In this document: one piece after another, positions 11,001 to 23,865 of the stretch
How the letters are laid out: each line of letters opens with the position of its first letter
Position numbering within the stretch: the stretch's first letter is position 1
Source of the DNA: Octopus bimaculoides
Taxonomy: Eukaryota
DNA: 64,000 nt
Assembly (NCBI RefSeq): GCF_001194135.2
Contig: NC_068992.1
Location: 23,657,914 to 23,721,913, forward strand
Direction: 5' to 3'
Made by a program: the position numbers and the translations under genes
Notes under the pieces: generated by a model
The model's database searches: none
The model's input: the letters and a program-made list of their open reading frames with translations, nothing else
What the model was told of the DNA's origin: nothing

Positions 11001-12300
11001 ATAATTTACATGTAACATAATATAAATGCATGACACTGAAGTACACACACCATAAATAGAAACATTTAATGTAATGTGGGGGAATATGTGAGGGAATATC
11101 CTTTAGCATTATTAGAAAAGGGACTTGGTTCAGAAAGGAAGAGAATAAAAACATATAAATAAGCAGCCTCAGCAGCTTCCATATTAACCATCTGAGATCA
11201 CATACACAGATAAAGAACTGCTAGCAAACGGGATTGACAAGTTTCCTAATATCTGGTTGAAGAATCTGGCCGAAACACAGCGGTATAGAGCAGTAATATC
11301 TAATGAACTATTAAGTAAATCAGAATCAATGCTTCACTGAAACTGAAAAGAAATATCATTAAGTTTCCAAATTACAAAACCCGTCCAGAGTTGTAGTCAT
11401 GTAATTTGCATGTTAATAACCTACAGAAGTCTTATATCCATGCCTTGGAATTTTCACGACTCACACTTGGAGAGTAATAGCATATTATCTGAAGAGTGCA
11501 ATATGTGCTGGTGAAATGATCAAATATAATAGACAGCGAAAAAAAGAAGAAAGCAAATATCAGCATGAGATATATCGACAAAATGGATGTTGACAGTTTT
11601 TTCTAGGCTATTAGATTTTGGAGACACTCCACATGAATCAAATAGCCCACTCACTAAAAATAGCTATTAGCTATGCCATGGCAACATCGGAAAGAGGCAT
11701 ATGCTTTCAAGACCACAGAAGAGGAGATAATTAAAGAAATTTCTCATACATAAGCAGAAAAAGAATCTTCCAATGAGATACTTAAACCTTCTACACTTTT
11801 AATTTCACAATAATCTCTATCCTCATTAAAATAAATTAAGTTGTTGAGCGAAGCGGTCAGTGGTTGTAGACAAAAGTACAAACAAGAAACCATTTTGTCT
11901 ATTAAGATTATCAAAGATATTTACATAGAATAATACCTTGTTAGAAACTGTTAGAAACCGAGCGAGTAATATTCATTAAATCATTCATTGAGTGTGAGAT
12001 TAGACAAGAGTGTCGAATTGAGTTGAGGCAAAGCCAAGCCAACTAAAACTAGGAATATGAAATTGGGAAGAGAACACTGAATCAGTGAATTTGGCTAGAA
12101 CCACAGATACAAATTCATAGTAGTAGACAAAAGAGGTTGAATACATCACGCAGAAATGGAAGAGACACTTCAAAAAGAGTATTACAAAGGGTTAGAAAGC
12201 TTTAAATTAAGACGAACATAAAGATAATAATTATGAATATATTACGACGTCATAAACATAATACAGATGATAATTATAAATAAACTACAACGGCAACGTA
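8050..12300 (+). mobile_element. Highly decayed BEL/Pao LTR retrotransposon pol (RT, RNase H, integrase); boundaries approximate
   Basis: Ordered degenerate motifs: KWKRNKLLDEP (about 9.91 kb; cf. LW....WDEP), GDV*SFAYSWIIYCTLR (about 10.08 kb; cf. DAS..AYA.VIYLR), DKKMVIP (about 10.22 kb; cf. KK.TIPRLEL), GIDKFPNIWLK...YRAVISNELLS (11.23-11.32 kb; cf. GIDYFGP...RAVHLELVS), RNMKLGR (about 12.06 kb; cf. KWKLGR). Many stops and frameshifts; no LTRs identified. Confidence 0.55.
9205..9591 (-). mobile_element. tRNA-derived SINE family A, full length (probably a tRNA-Arg-related octopus OR-type SINE)
   Basis: Head GGCGCAATGGCCCAGTGGTTAG (A box) and GGTTTCGATTCC (B box), with an (AAC)n 3' tail. 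Flanked by AGAGCATAGAAAT (9192-9204) and AGAACATAGAAAT (9592-9604), a 13-bp TSD with one mismatch. Near-identical to 21441-21826. Confidence 0.9.
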
Positions 12301-14133
12301 ATAAGTTGAACGTTCACATAACTGAATTAATTAAGTAGGAAAGATGGTCACAGCCAATAACATTCACAAAACACCATTTCGTTGCGTTATAAATAAGAAA
12401 CCCTTCACTGCACACAAGAGTGATAAGGTAAGATATTGATAAAAAAACAGTACAAAGAAGCATATTTTTGGATCGTAAAATACTCAGAAGCAAGCAAAGG
12501 GAAACTGATTAATGCAAAATAAACATAAATAACACAATTTCTCTGTGTATGAGAATTAAAAGCAAGTACAAAGGAGAAACCCACAACATAGAATGATGGG
12601 TTTCGATAAAATTCGATAAAGTTTATCAAAGAGCGAAAACAAAAATATCAGAAGGGATTCCATAATATGCAGAAGGGAAAATGGTGAGTAAATGTACCCC
12701 TTGGCCAAAACACTGCAAGAAGAGAGAAAAGAAAGTAAGCCAGATTGAAAATTGAAAAAGAATCACAATTTTGGGGCTGAAAGCAAGAACGTCGGGATTT
12801 TACTTGAAGAGTTACATAGCCTACTAACAATCAACTGAAATATATCCGGGAAGAAATATGCTAACTTTAATGCAGTTTATAAAACCAGTTGGATGGAGCG
12901 GTGGTCTTCCATAATGTTCATCTACTCAGGACGAGACTACGTGTGCGTACGTGCATTCGTGCGTGCGTGTAGTGTGTGTGTGTGTGGTATGTGTGCGTGC
13001 GCGCGTGTGTGCGTGTTTGTGTGTTCGTTCTCACTTCTGCACGCTGGTTCAAAGATTGCTTCTTCTCAGCTTATTTTGGGGTGAGACTAGCCCTCGTTTA
13101 AGGTAACACTGGTCACCCTACTCATAGCGTCAACTCTCTTTCTGACGAATACGTGGTTTAGACGGAGATAGAAACCATGTAACTTAAACCGACTATCAGT
13201 GAGATAACCGAGAAAGCTGTCCGACTGCGTGGATTTCCTTCTCCAAATGCTGGGCTGCATACACTCAGTCCATGTCAAGCGTTTCAGATCTTGTTTCCTC
13301 CTCCTATTCTTGTTGAATGGTGCTAACGACTTAGACTTATATGATTTCCGACTTGATTCATTGTTTGATGCGAACGGAATGTACTTGAGAGTGTGTAAAT
13401 ACAGATGATATTAAAGGCGGCAACTGATCGGAAGTGATGTAAAAAGATTCCAACAGGGAACCATTTTATCTAACCAGCCTACAGATTTCGCCATATATTG
13501 AAGAAGTCCAAATCCTGAAATAGGTTTCAAACCGACAGCCTTGAAGTCATCCCCCTTACTTATAATTTCCAGCCATATCGATAAGTTTGATTCTACCAAA
13601 TTGATAAGAATATCAAATGTGATTTGTAAAGAGAGACCTGTTGGTGACGGCGCAAATTTGCGCTTTAACGGCAAGACACCGATGAGGTTTTCAGTTCGGC
13701 TATGCTCGCAAATTACTCCCAAGCATCAAAAATGCCATTTCGTTTCCCAATACAATTAGCAAGCAGGATGTTGCTAAAAAGGAGTATAGATGTTTGAAGC
13801 AATCTAGTTGCATTGGTGCTTTGGGGAAATTAACGGTCGCTAGACTTTGTTATTACTCAAATCCAACATCAATAATTTTATAAATTTCTACAACAAAAAT
13901 GCAGGTCCAGTTTATGAATTCTGCTCATAAGGGAGTTGGTCAACCTGTGACCGAGTTTATTCAAAGCAACTATTTTGGGAATCGAACCGAGTACAATGTA
14001 GTTGAAAACAGAATCATTTGAACCACGCAGTCATTAAAGCAGTCGAGGTTATCAGAAAAGATTATTATCTGAATGTCACATGCACAGCACCGAGACATTA
14101 TATATATATATATATATATATATNNNNNNNNNN

Positions 14134-14179
<46 letters not shown>

Positions 14180-14456
14180 TGTGTGTGTGTAACCATACAT
14201 GCATGTGTGTATATGCGCGCGTGTGTGTTTACGCGCAGTTTCAAAATATAGGATGACAATAGCAACACATGTCAAAGTGAAAACAAGGTATACGTTTTAG
14301 TTTAACACATAATGTCTGGGTGATGGCATTTTATTTACGATATCTTAAATTCTACAAAGCTTGCCGATATGAAAAGTTATGTCAAAGGCTACCAAACATA
14401 TTTATGTTTCCAAATCTCTAAAAGGTTACAACGGTATTAAAGAATAAACCAATATC

Positions 14457-14862
14457 TGTTCTATATTTAAGAGATGAGGAATTATGTACATTATTTACAT
14501 TATTTATATTTCACGGATATTTGTCCTCATCTTGTTTGTTGTTAAAACAACGTTTCGGCTGANNNNNNNNNNCTCATCTTGTTTGTTGTTAAAACAACGT
14601 TTCGGCTGATATACCCTCCAGCATTCATCAGCCGTCTTGGGGAAATTTTGAATCTGGGTTCTCATTCATAAGGTATTTTTGATGTTGTTATTATTATTAT
14701 TATCAAAGTTACTGCTTGGAATCGAACTCGGAATCTTGGGGTTAGTAGCTCGCGCTCTTAACCACTACGCCATACGCCCGTGGGCATATGGTGTAGTAGT
14801 TAAGAGCGTTGTGGTTAAGCGCGCAGGCTACTAATCCCAAGATTCCGAGTTGGATTTCAGGA
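14457..14862 (-). mobile_element. Fold-back/hammerhead element family H, copy 2 (one arm plus two head-to-head tRNA-like heads)
   Basis: Arm matches copies 1, 3 and 4. Inverted heads surround CCCGTGGG (14777-14784). The right side is truncated against a family C SINE. Confidence 0.85.
14591..14636 (-). ncRNA. Degenerate hammerhead motif, family H copy 2
   Basis: Minus strand GACGG CUGAUGA A UGCUG...CAGCC GAA ACGU U GUUUU. The core is intact, but stem I and the first pair of stem II are mutated. Confidence 0.4.
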
Positions 14863-14863
14863 A

Positions 14864-15041
14864 ATTGAAAGAAGTCCGTCGTTTGTACATGTGTTTGTGT
14901 TTGTGTGTCTTTGTTAGTCACTTCCACCATCGCCTGACAACCGATGTTGGTATGTTTACGTCTCTGTAACTTAAATGTTTGGCAAAATAGACCGGTAGAA
15001 TAAGCAACAGTCCGATGGAATAAGTCCTGGAGTCGATTTGT
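14864..15041 (+). mobile_element. SINE family C, 3' portion
   Basis: TGAAAGAAGTCCGTCG...ACCATCGCCTGACAACCGATGTTGGT is the reverse complement of the body of 49846-50234. Confidence 0.75.
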
Positions 15042-15559
15042 CAAATCTCGGAAGCAAATAAAAAAAGTTTTAAAAAATGGAAACAAAATACATTGGCATC
15101 AATATAGGGAATGTTAAAATTTGAAAACATACGGAAAAGATTTGACATATTATGGTCAACACCAAAAACATTTTTCCTCAACGAAACGGAAAGAAAAAAA
15201 CCCTAAGTAAATGAATAGGTTCGAAAATCAATTCAATACAGACAGATGTGGAAGAAATGCCTATTGCCCCCAGATAATCAATTAACTCGATGGTGAAAAG
15301 CATGCTAACTATAAAAGCAATATAAATGGTTCCCAGGTAGGTTTTATTTAAAGGGTGAAGAGCACATTGTTCTTCTGCAAAATACTGAATTGCTTTCCAT
15401 GTATACTGTGTGAGTGCATGTGTGAAGATGCATCTGTGTGTCTGTGAGTGTGTATGTGCATGCGTCTGTGTGTAACGGCATATAAATCTGTGCCTGTGTA
15501 CATACACTAGTTTTTTGCTGCATCGATAATTTCTAAATAGTAAACATCACTCTGCTCTT

Positions 15560-16090
15560 AGAAGAGTTACAAGTATTCGTTATGTAAAGGCACCAACACA
15601 AAATGACGAAAGTAACTGTAACAATTGGAATATGTTGTAAAAACGTAAAATCCCACCCAAGATTTAACATTTAAGGATTGTTTGACTCTTTTCTGTGAAA
15701 GAATCACAGATGGAAATTTCATGTAAAACCCAATTGTTATGAGAAATTTAGTAAATCGATGTCTATCAATATTCCTGAAAAGGATTCGGCTATCGATCAT
15801 TTCCATCATTTTTTCACACCATTAAGTGAACAAAAGATGGCACAAACGATTTATGAAGAATGGGTTTCCGAAAAATTTTGACCAGCCGTTTAAATATATT
15901 CTAAATAGAGTAATACTACGTCATAATCTTCGAGAATTTTAGATAATGATTGCTCCTGGCGCAGTTACACATGACCATTCGTGTGAAAATATAAGTATTA
16001 TTTTTTGCCCACCAATTATATCACTACACTAACAAAGGCCGCAAGTTATAATAACATCAGCATAGAAGTCTTACTTCCAGGGAAATAATT
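15560..16090 (+). mobile_element. Decayed pogo/Tigger (DDE_1, CENP-B-like) transposase fragment
   Basis: Frameshifted motifs FKDCLTLFC...GNFM*NPIVMR (cf. KDRLTLLFC.NA.GD.KLKP.VI), KMAQTIYEEWVSEKF (cf. AWMT..IF.EWF...F), IAPG...CENISIIFCPP (cf. DNAPGH....NI...FLPPN). Confidence 0.5.
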
Positions 16091-16177
16091 ACCCAAACAT
16101 CCGGAGATAAGGTGATTTGTTGATTATGAAAGAAATATATTTTCAGAAACACAACTAACTCTATTTAATATGATGGT

Positions 16178-16350
16178 AACGAGTTAGCGGAACCGTCAGC
16201 ACGTCGGGAAAATTGTTTAGCAGCTTCATTTTTTTCTTCGGTACTTTATATTCTGCATTCAAACGCCTACAGCGAAGGTTTTGCCTTTCATCCTCTTTAG
16301 GTTAAGAAATTAAGTACCAGTTGACACTTGGGTCAATCAACTCGACTTCT
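16178..16350 (+). mobile_element. SINE family B (diverged)
   Basis: Collinear with 7805-8034. Confidence 0.65.
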
Positions 16351-17256
16351 CTGAATATTGTAGGTTTTGTACTAAACATAAGCAAGAATATTTATCATAC
16401 TGACAAAGATGTAAGTTTAAGCAGAATGAAAGCAGTCACTAAATTTTTGAAGGCACAATGTACGAAGAATTCCAATAAATGTGGAACTCTGTTGTGGAAG
16501 ATATAATATATTTTGAAAGCATGTTCATGAATCGCCTTTGTTTTATTTGGAAGAATTATCTGATTTGCAAAAATAGATTCGAAAACAATGAAAATACTCA
16601 GACGAAGGCATTCTCCGTTACGAAATATGAAAATATCTATTTAGAAATGTGATGCGTTAAATGAACTTATAAGAAACAGGGACCCGAACAACGAAATTAT
16701 CATGTAAGGCCACAGAGATTATAACACAATTTTCCAAAAGTACAAGTGTGTATAGGAAGAATTTAAAAAAACAGATGTTGATGAAATTTAGCCTCTTTAA
16801 TTATTTAAAAATAAAGCGCATTATGAAATTACCTATCTATTTCTCTTTAAGCATGTTCCGATTCAGAACTTGCTTGTATTTCCCAAATCCTCTTTATAAG
16901 CATATCATTGCCTAAGTATAAAAATTCTGTTTCCCAGTGTTACATGATACATTGTTTATTGAATATAACGGTTACTAATTCAGACACAAGGCCTGTAGTT
17001 TTGATGTGAGGAATTTATCGATACCAACAACTCCAGCACATTACTGGTACCGTATTTTGTCGATGCAAACAGATGAAAGAGTAGGCTAGACTTAAACGCA
17101 TAACATAAAGATCCAGAACTGCCGCAAGCGATTTTCCAGAAACTTTAACGAGTTTATATGCTTGCTACCAATTTACACTGATATTAATCATAATTCTTTC
17201 TACTATACACATACAGTCTGAAATTATAGGAAAAGTGTTAAGCGATTCCACTCATT

Positions 17257-17396
17257 CCAGTGCTTGTCTGGTACTCATCTTACCGAACCCTCAAGGATGA
17301 AAAAGATAGTCAACATCGGTGGCGTTTGAACTCAGAACGGAAACGGAGAAGAGCTGCTAAGCATTTTGCCTGGTGCAGTAACAATTCTGCTAGCTT
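17257..17396 (-). mobile_element. SINE family B (diverged)
   Basis: TTTGAACTCAGAACG...GCTAAGCATTTTGCCTGGTGCAGTAACAATTCTGCTAGCT. Confidence 0.65.
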
Positions 17397-19354
17397 ATCA
17401 ACTGCTAATTTCAAAGTTCTGGACAAGACCATTAATCTTAAGGAGGAAATGGTTTAGTCAGGTTCGATATCGACACCAATACGTGATTGGCCCTTATCGG
17501 CCCTGAAAGGGTGAAATGCAAAGTAACCTCACTGAGATTTGAACTGAATATGTAAAAAGCCGAAAGAAATATCAGAAAGCACTTTCTTTCAAACTCTAAT
17601 GATTTTACCTACAAACACCCGGTTGATACTTTAATTAATAGAAATAAGATGCAACTTCAAGATGATGTTCCTAATTATTAAAAATGTGATACAGAAACGA
17701 CGAAACAGAAGACTCAATTTTACACATGGGAATTCAGCATGTTAATATGTTTCACACTTTGATTCCTGAAATCATGAAGAGCAATGAATTTCCAATTTGA
17801 AAATAATGAACAATTCCTAATTATTAATTTTCGAAATTAGTTGAATGATGAAAATTTTCCAATTATTATTCATTTTTCTTTGTATTTTAATTTGCATTCA
17901 GTCTGCAAATGCCAAGTGTAACTGCATTTTTGTTCGTCATTTCTTTAACATTTCATTTTTATTCAGAATTCACTTGGAATTGCTTGACTAAGCTCGTCAA
18001 TTGAACTATAATTATCAAAAAAATATATATATATCATAGAAAACATAAAATTATAATGCCGTTTTTTTTACTTAATTCAATTCAAAATAGTTCGAAACGC
18101 GTCACTTCATCGTCCTTAGTATAAGTATGTAAAAGAGCTTATTTCGCTGAAGTAAAAAAAAATTATAGGTCATAAGGTGAAAGTATTTTCATTAGCAGTT
18201 GCTTTTATTATGTGTTTCAGTAATTACTGCAATCCATCATTACCTATCACAAATAATTAACGGATTTAATATGTTTAAAGGCTTTTTCAATAATTCTTTG
18301 GGAAGGCATAGCTTCGCCAAAATACGATAAAATATGGGTCAAACATATTATTTATGCTAAGCTTTTCTCCCATTTTTGTTCAGTTCAAGAGACTCAACGG
18401 GATGCCCGTCCGTGTGGGTATGGTGTTTATTAGTTTGTGTGTGTCTGAGTGTGCATGTGTGTATGTATGTGTGTATGTGTATGTGTGTGTGTGAGGGTAT
18501 GCATATGTGTGTGTGTTGTAAGTACACGGAGATTCATATGAATAGATCTCATCTGAAAATTCTGATCGCCAAAATAAACAACAACGAACGCGTGCGACAT
18601 CTGAGTAGTTTTGTCTCACACACACACGCCCAAGTGCATACTATTACTAGAACTATTTTCTTTATATAGATATAAAACTCAGCCCTTCTGGAGTACGGCT
18701 TCCGCCTGGATAAATAGAAAAATATACGTTGTTTCATTTCTGTACAAAATTTTCGAATGCTTAAAACTTCGTAAATTAATGCGCCTTCAGAACATTTGCA
18801 CTAGTCTAACAAAACACAAAACATTTCTGTCTGCAAATAGTAAAAGTCTTAAAGCTGGAACAAAATTAAATATTAAAACATGGTATCTTAAGGTGACTCT
18901 TTTTTGATAATAATTTAATAACGTCTGTACGTTAATTAAATTGTAATTAATATTTTAAAATGACAGTGAGTATAATCCCATATAAAATCTCTCACATTCG
19001 CAAATAAACTATTTCTATTTGCAAGATCAGGACAAAAGGAACAGTTCGTAGAATCTTTGCAAGCTCTCATGAATCGGTGTGATTCGTGCCATTGACATTC
19101 TTAAACAACGAAATCAAAAATATGAGCACCCAAGGATTTCCAAATAAGTACTCGGGTCGATGCAATCGACCTACCGCACTCCCTGAAGTGAGTTGCGATG
19201 TTTAGTAACTCGAAGTAAAGTTTTGAGTAAATATTACGTACTCTTTTATACATTTATAATCTTATACGCGTAGGTATTTCTGTACACACACACACACATA
19301 CACATACACAGACTCCCACATATGTACACATACATACGAGAGTGTGTGTGCATG

Positions 19355-19401
<47 letters not shown>

Positions 19402-19907
19402 NNNNNNNNNNNNNNNNNNNNNNNNNNNNNNNNNNNNNNNNNNNNNNNNNNNNNNNNNNNNNNNNNNNNNNNNNNNNNNNNNNNNNNNNNNNNNNNNNNN
19501 NNNNNNNNNNNNNNNNNNNNNNNNNNNNNNNNNNNNNNNNNNNNNNNNNNNNNNNNNNNNNNNNNNNNNNNNNNNNNNNNNNNNNNNNNNNNNNNNNNNN
19601 NNNNNNNNNNNNNNNNNNNNNNNNNNNNNNNNNNNNNNNNNNNNNNNNNNNNNNNNNNNNNNNNNNNNNNNNNNNNNNNNNNNNNNNNNNNNNNNNNNNN
19701 NNNNNNNNNNNNNNNNNNNNNNNNNNNNNNNNNNNNNNNNNNNNNNNNNNNNNNNNNNNNNNNNNNNNNNNNNNNNNNNNNNNNNNNNNNNNNNNNNNNN
19801 NNNNNNNNNNNNNNNNNNNNNNNNNNNNNNNNNNNNNNNNNNNNNNNNNNNNNNNNNNNNNNNNNNNNNNNNNNNNNNNNNNNNNNNNNNNNNNNNNNNN
19901 NNNNNNN

Positions 19908-19941
<34 letters not shown>

Positions 19942-20144
19942 TATACATATATATAAATACATATATATATACACACACACCCACACATATATATATATAA
20001 GCGAAATAGCTACCTGTGAAATCTCAAGAATAGATTAGAGTAGTAACTATACAAATCAGTAAAGTCAGTCGCCACTTCAAATTGGCTGTTAAATGTTTCA
20101 ACTAAGCTAACTCCAGGCAGATTCTTCGTGAAGATTATGTTAAA

Positions 20145-20260
20145 TGTGTCTGTGGCTGCCCGTGGATTGCTCAGCCCTTTGCATCTTAATTTCATAAGTA
20201 GGCTGTTCCGTTGCCCTGATCAACTGGAACGCACGTCCTCGCAACCAACAGAGAGCCAGT
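20145..20260 (+). mobile_element. SINE family A, old 3' fragment
   Basis: GTGGATTGCTCAGCCCTTTGCATCTTAATTTCATAAGTAGGCTGTTCCGTTG..GATCAACTGGAAC matches the 3' part of family A. Confidence 0.65.
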
Positions 20261-21005
20261 TATATATACATACATACATATATATATACATACATACATA
20301 CATACATACATATGTATGTATATGTAGGTATATTAAATGTACATGAATAATTCACATAGACACTCTAAGACATAGGCACAGGTATTTAAGTGTTTCTGTA
20401 TGAGGAACATGAAATTTATATCAACGCACATTGTTTCTGAGACAATCAGAAACGAAATTAGTACTTGAACTGACCCTATCTCATTATATTCAATGAGAAT
20501 GCTTACAATTTCAAAATTAAAAGTACAGAATTCTTCGCATAACGTACTGTAACAGAGCGTTTCTTACTTCCAGGCGATATACGTCATATACTTAATTCTC
20601 CTTCAACCCTCATGGCATTTCGAGGAACACAAATCTCAGAATTTCGCAATTTTCACTCTCATAGAATATTTTGTGAATACATATGGAATTATAATTCATT
20701 AAATTTTCCTCTTGGCTACGGGGAATAAATTCCAGCACTTTCGCATCTAATTAATCTCTTCTATTTGTCAGTTTCACTTTGAACATTTCTCATGTCATAA
20801 GAAAGAAGTTTACTTGCGTATTACTAATGTTTCATATTTGATAATCGTTACTACTTGTAGCAATAATGGAAGGTATTCATAAACGAAGAGCTCTGTCTAA
20901 CTTCGTTTCTTTATTTTGGATAACTAGAGTTCTGAGTTCATAACTAGCCCTATAAATAATAAAGTAACTACCATTCACAAACTACAATTAATCAAATTAA
21001 TGATC

Positions 21006-21059
21006 ACCTCAAAACGTAGTACCTCAAAACGTAGTACCTCAAAACGTAGTACCTCAAAA
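21006..21059. repeat. 15-bp tandem repeat (ACCTCAAAACGTAGT) x3.6
   Basis: Three perfect units plus a 9-bp partial unit. Confidence 0.95.
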
Positions 21060-21440
21060 GAGTCAGTGATTAAATCTTATTTCAGAAATTATTATTTGTG
21101 AAAAACGTGTGTCTATGTTAGTTTCAAGATATACTTTCGTTCATTTGCCCACTGAATAATAACACTGCGTTTAGAAAATGGATTCTAAATAATATGTTGG
21201 TTGTTTGTACCCACCGTTTTGATTAAAAACACTCAGACTGCTGGTACTAAGCATTCACACTAACACTCCGGACTGATAACCACTTCATTCTTCCTCACCC
21301 CCAAAAATATGAATAACGATTTTGCATATGATTTCTTTAATACTACCATCTTACCCATGTCTTTAGTTGATCACAATCTTTCCCAGGCATTCGAGCTATA
21401 TCTCTTACTTAAGGGTAAGTTCATCCCTTGCTCTTCTCAG

Positions 21441-21826
21441 TTGTTGTTGGCACACCGTCGCTTACGACGTCGAGGGTTCCAGTTGATCCGATCAACGGAA
21501 CAGCCTGCTCGTGAAATTAACGTGCAAGTGGCTGAGCACTCCACAGACACGTGTACCCTTAACGTAGCTCTCAGCGATATTCAGCGTGGCACAGTGTGAG
21601 AAGGCTGACCCTTTGAAATACAGGTACAACAGAAACAGGAAGTAAGAGTGAGAGAAAGTTGTGGTGAAAGAGTACAGCAGGGTTCGCCACTATCCCTTGC
21701 CGGAGCCTCGTGGACCTTTACGTGTTTTCGCTCAAAAAACACTCACAACGCCCGGTCTGGGAATCGAAACCGCGATCCTTTGACCGTGAGTCCGCTACCC
21801 TAACCACTGGGCCATTGCGCCTCCAC
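21441..21826 (-). mobile_element. tRNA-derived SINE family A, full length
   Basis: Near-identical to 9205-9591, with A and B boxes and an (AAC)n tail. Confidence 0.9.
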
Positions 21827-21849
21827 ACATAACAGAGTATAACTAAGAA

Positions 21850-22730
21850 TAGACAAAAAAATTGAAAATATAACCACTGTTTTTAAGGAAATGGATTGAT
21901 AAATTAAGAAAATATACAGAGGGATACCCACCTACAATCCAAATGGTAAGCGCGGTGTTAAAATGCTTAATCTAACGAAACAAGAAGATTTTGTTAAACA
22001 AAAGAAAAGAGAAATAATCATGAGAGTAATTATATCAGTTCTAATCAACAAATGCAAATATGCGACCCAGAAATATTTGCAATAATCACTAATTAATAAG
22101 AAACGTAAATGCAAAAACAGAATCAATAGTGATTTTAAAGGCAATGCATTATCAGAAAACGTATTGAAGAAGACGTGTAAACAATATTCGCCTCATATAT
22201 GAAGCGAACGTCTCACATAAAGAAATGGGACATTAGAAATGTGCTCAGGCATACACCTTAAGGAATTGATTTGTCACGACTGAAATGTGTTTGATAATCA
22301 ATGGTAATCTAGTATTCATTGAAAATAATAGCGACAGGTCTTTAAATGTGTGTGTAGTACATGTCCAATATGTGATGATGTTGCAACTATTCCACACTGG
22401 TTAATTAATTACAATAACGCAATTTGAATTTCAGAGCCATTATAGAATCTAAAAATAAATCTAACATTGTAATTGGTAGCATCTGAGATATAGAATCGCA
22501 ACTGAAAATATTGGGAACACATCTATAAGGGTAGTCATAACTCCATCTCAATGGAAAATGGATTCTGTATGAAACTGGAATGTGACATAATACTGTGGAA
22601 GTTACAGGGGTAAGTTAAAATATTAATAATGTAAAACGGTGCTGAGCAGTCCGACAGCTGTAGTTATAAAGGGATAATAAAAATCTAGTACGCAATTTGA
22701 TTGATACTGAATGTCTTGAAAGCAGATGCA
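21850..22730 (+). mobile_element. Decayed Dong/R4-type LINE, zinc knuckle and REL endonuclease region
   Basis: Degenerate TCPICDDVATIPH, KYWEH and IILWK in the order expected from C..C....ET..H / WEH.P / .LWDF. Confidence 0.4.
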
Positions 22731-23661
22731 TATCATTTAAATTACAAACACTACAAACAGAAGTGGTAAGAATGAGAGTAAAAATTCAAGAGCGCTATGT
22801 ATTTTAACAGGCGCTCTGCAACGGATAAAGAGAGAAATGAGATACAGAATATTTGCTATGCTTTTGCACACCACAAAGACCTGTAAAATGGGGTTCTTAA
22901 TAATATAGGAACATTCTATATCAAAAGTTCTGTCAATATGGAAAAAAATATAACGAGAGATATTCACAAATTAGCATCTCTATGCTTTCTTAAGTCCACG
23001 TTGGCAGATATTTAACTCTACAACACCTTGTGTTAATAATTCTTGACGCTTCCATTACTACATTATTATAGAAAGAAAACGACAAAATTGAAAGCTTGGA
23101 TGAGCACTAAGGATATTTTACGTTTGAACAATAATATTGCATGGAAGCAATTATGATATCTGGCAGTTGCTGAAATTTTTCAGTCGTGCTTTGAGAATTG
23201 CCAATATATATATTTTTTTCCGTTTATTGCATAGTGATAATTGAGTTGTAATAGAGGTAAACACACTCTTATTGGCATAGAACGCAACGTGCAAATAACT
23301 CCGCATACGTAAAATAAGAAAAACACGTTGAATAATTCCTTAAAAGTTACACTCTGCACGGAATCATGGAAATCATTACGAAGAATTTCAGCTGACTCAA
23401 AAGTATGTGCCATAAATATTAACCTAAACCAAAACAGCATCATATCACGAATATTTTCACGGTCAAATTAGGATCGATAGTTATAAGATACTAGCGAACA
23501 CGAAAATACATATTTAGGCTCTGCTTTCATGTAGAATTAGTGTTGGATTATTATGGTTTGTTGGCATGTTTAGTGAAAGCATAATCTGACATGATTTGAA
23601 TTTTGAGCAACGTGGAAGTAAATTGAGGTTTTAGTTTCATATTCATACCTTTCTCTAAGAG

Positions 23662-23865
23662 GGTGAGCTGGCAGTCGTTAACACACCGGGCGAAATGCGT
23701 GCATCTCTTCTGTTTGTACGTCCTGAGTTCAAATTCTACCTAGGTTGATTTTGCCTTTCATCCACCTGAAGTCGATAAAATGACTACCACTTGAACACTA
23801 GGGTCGTTGTAATTCACTTAACATACACATCAAAATTATTGGCCTTGTGGTAAAAGTTTGAAACC
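23662..23865 (+). mobile_element. SINE family B (alternative tail ending TTTGAAACC)
   Basis: Head GGTGAGCTGGCAGTCGTTAACACACCGGGCGAAATGC and CTGAGTTCAAATTC. Confidence 0.75.

Noticed and set aside
19246-20038. Long ORFs spanning N runs (also at 4.1-4.6, 29, 33.8, 35.1, 42.5, 45.9, 52, 55.2 and 57.2 kb)
   Set aside because: They are open only because N codons contain no stops; the flanks are (AT)n/(AC)n.
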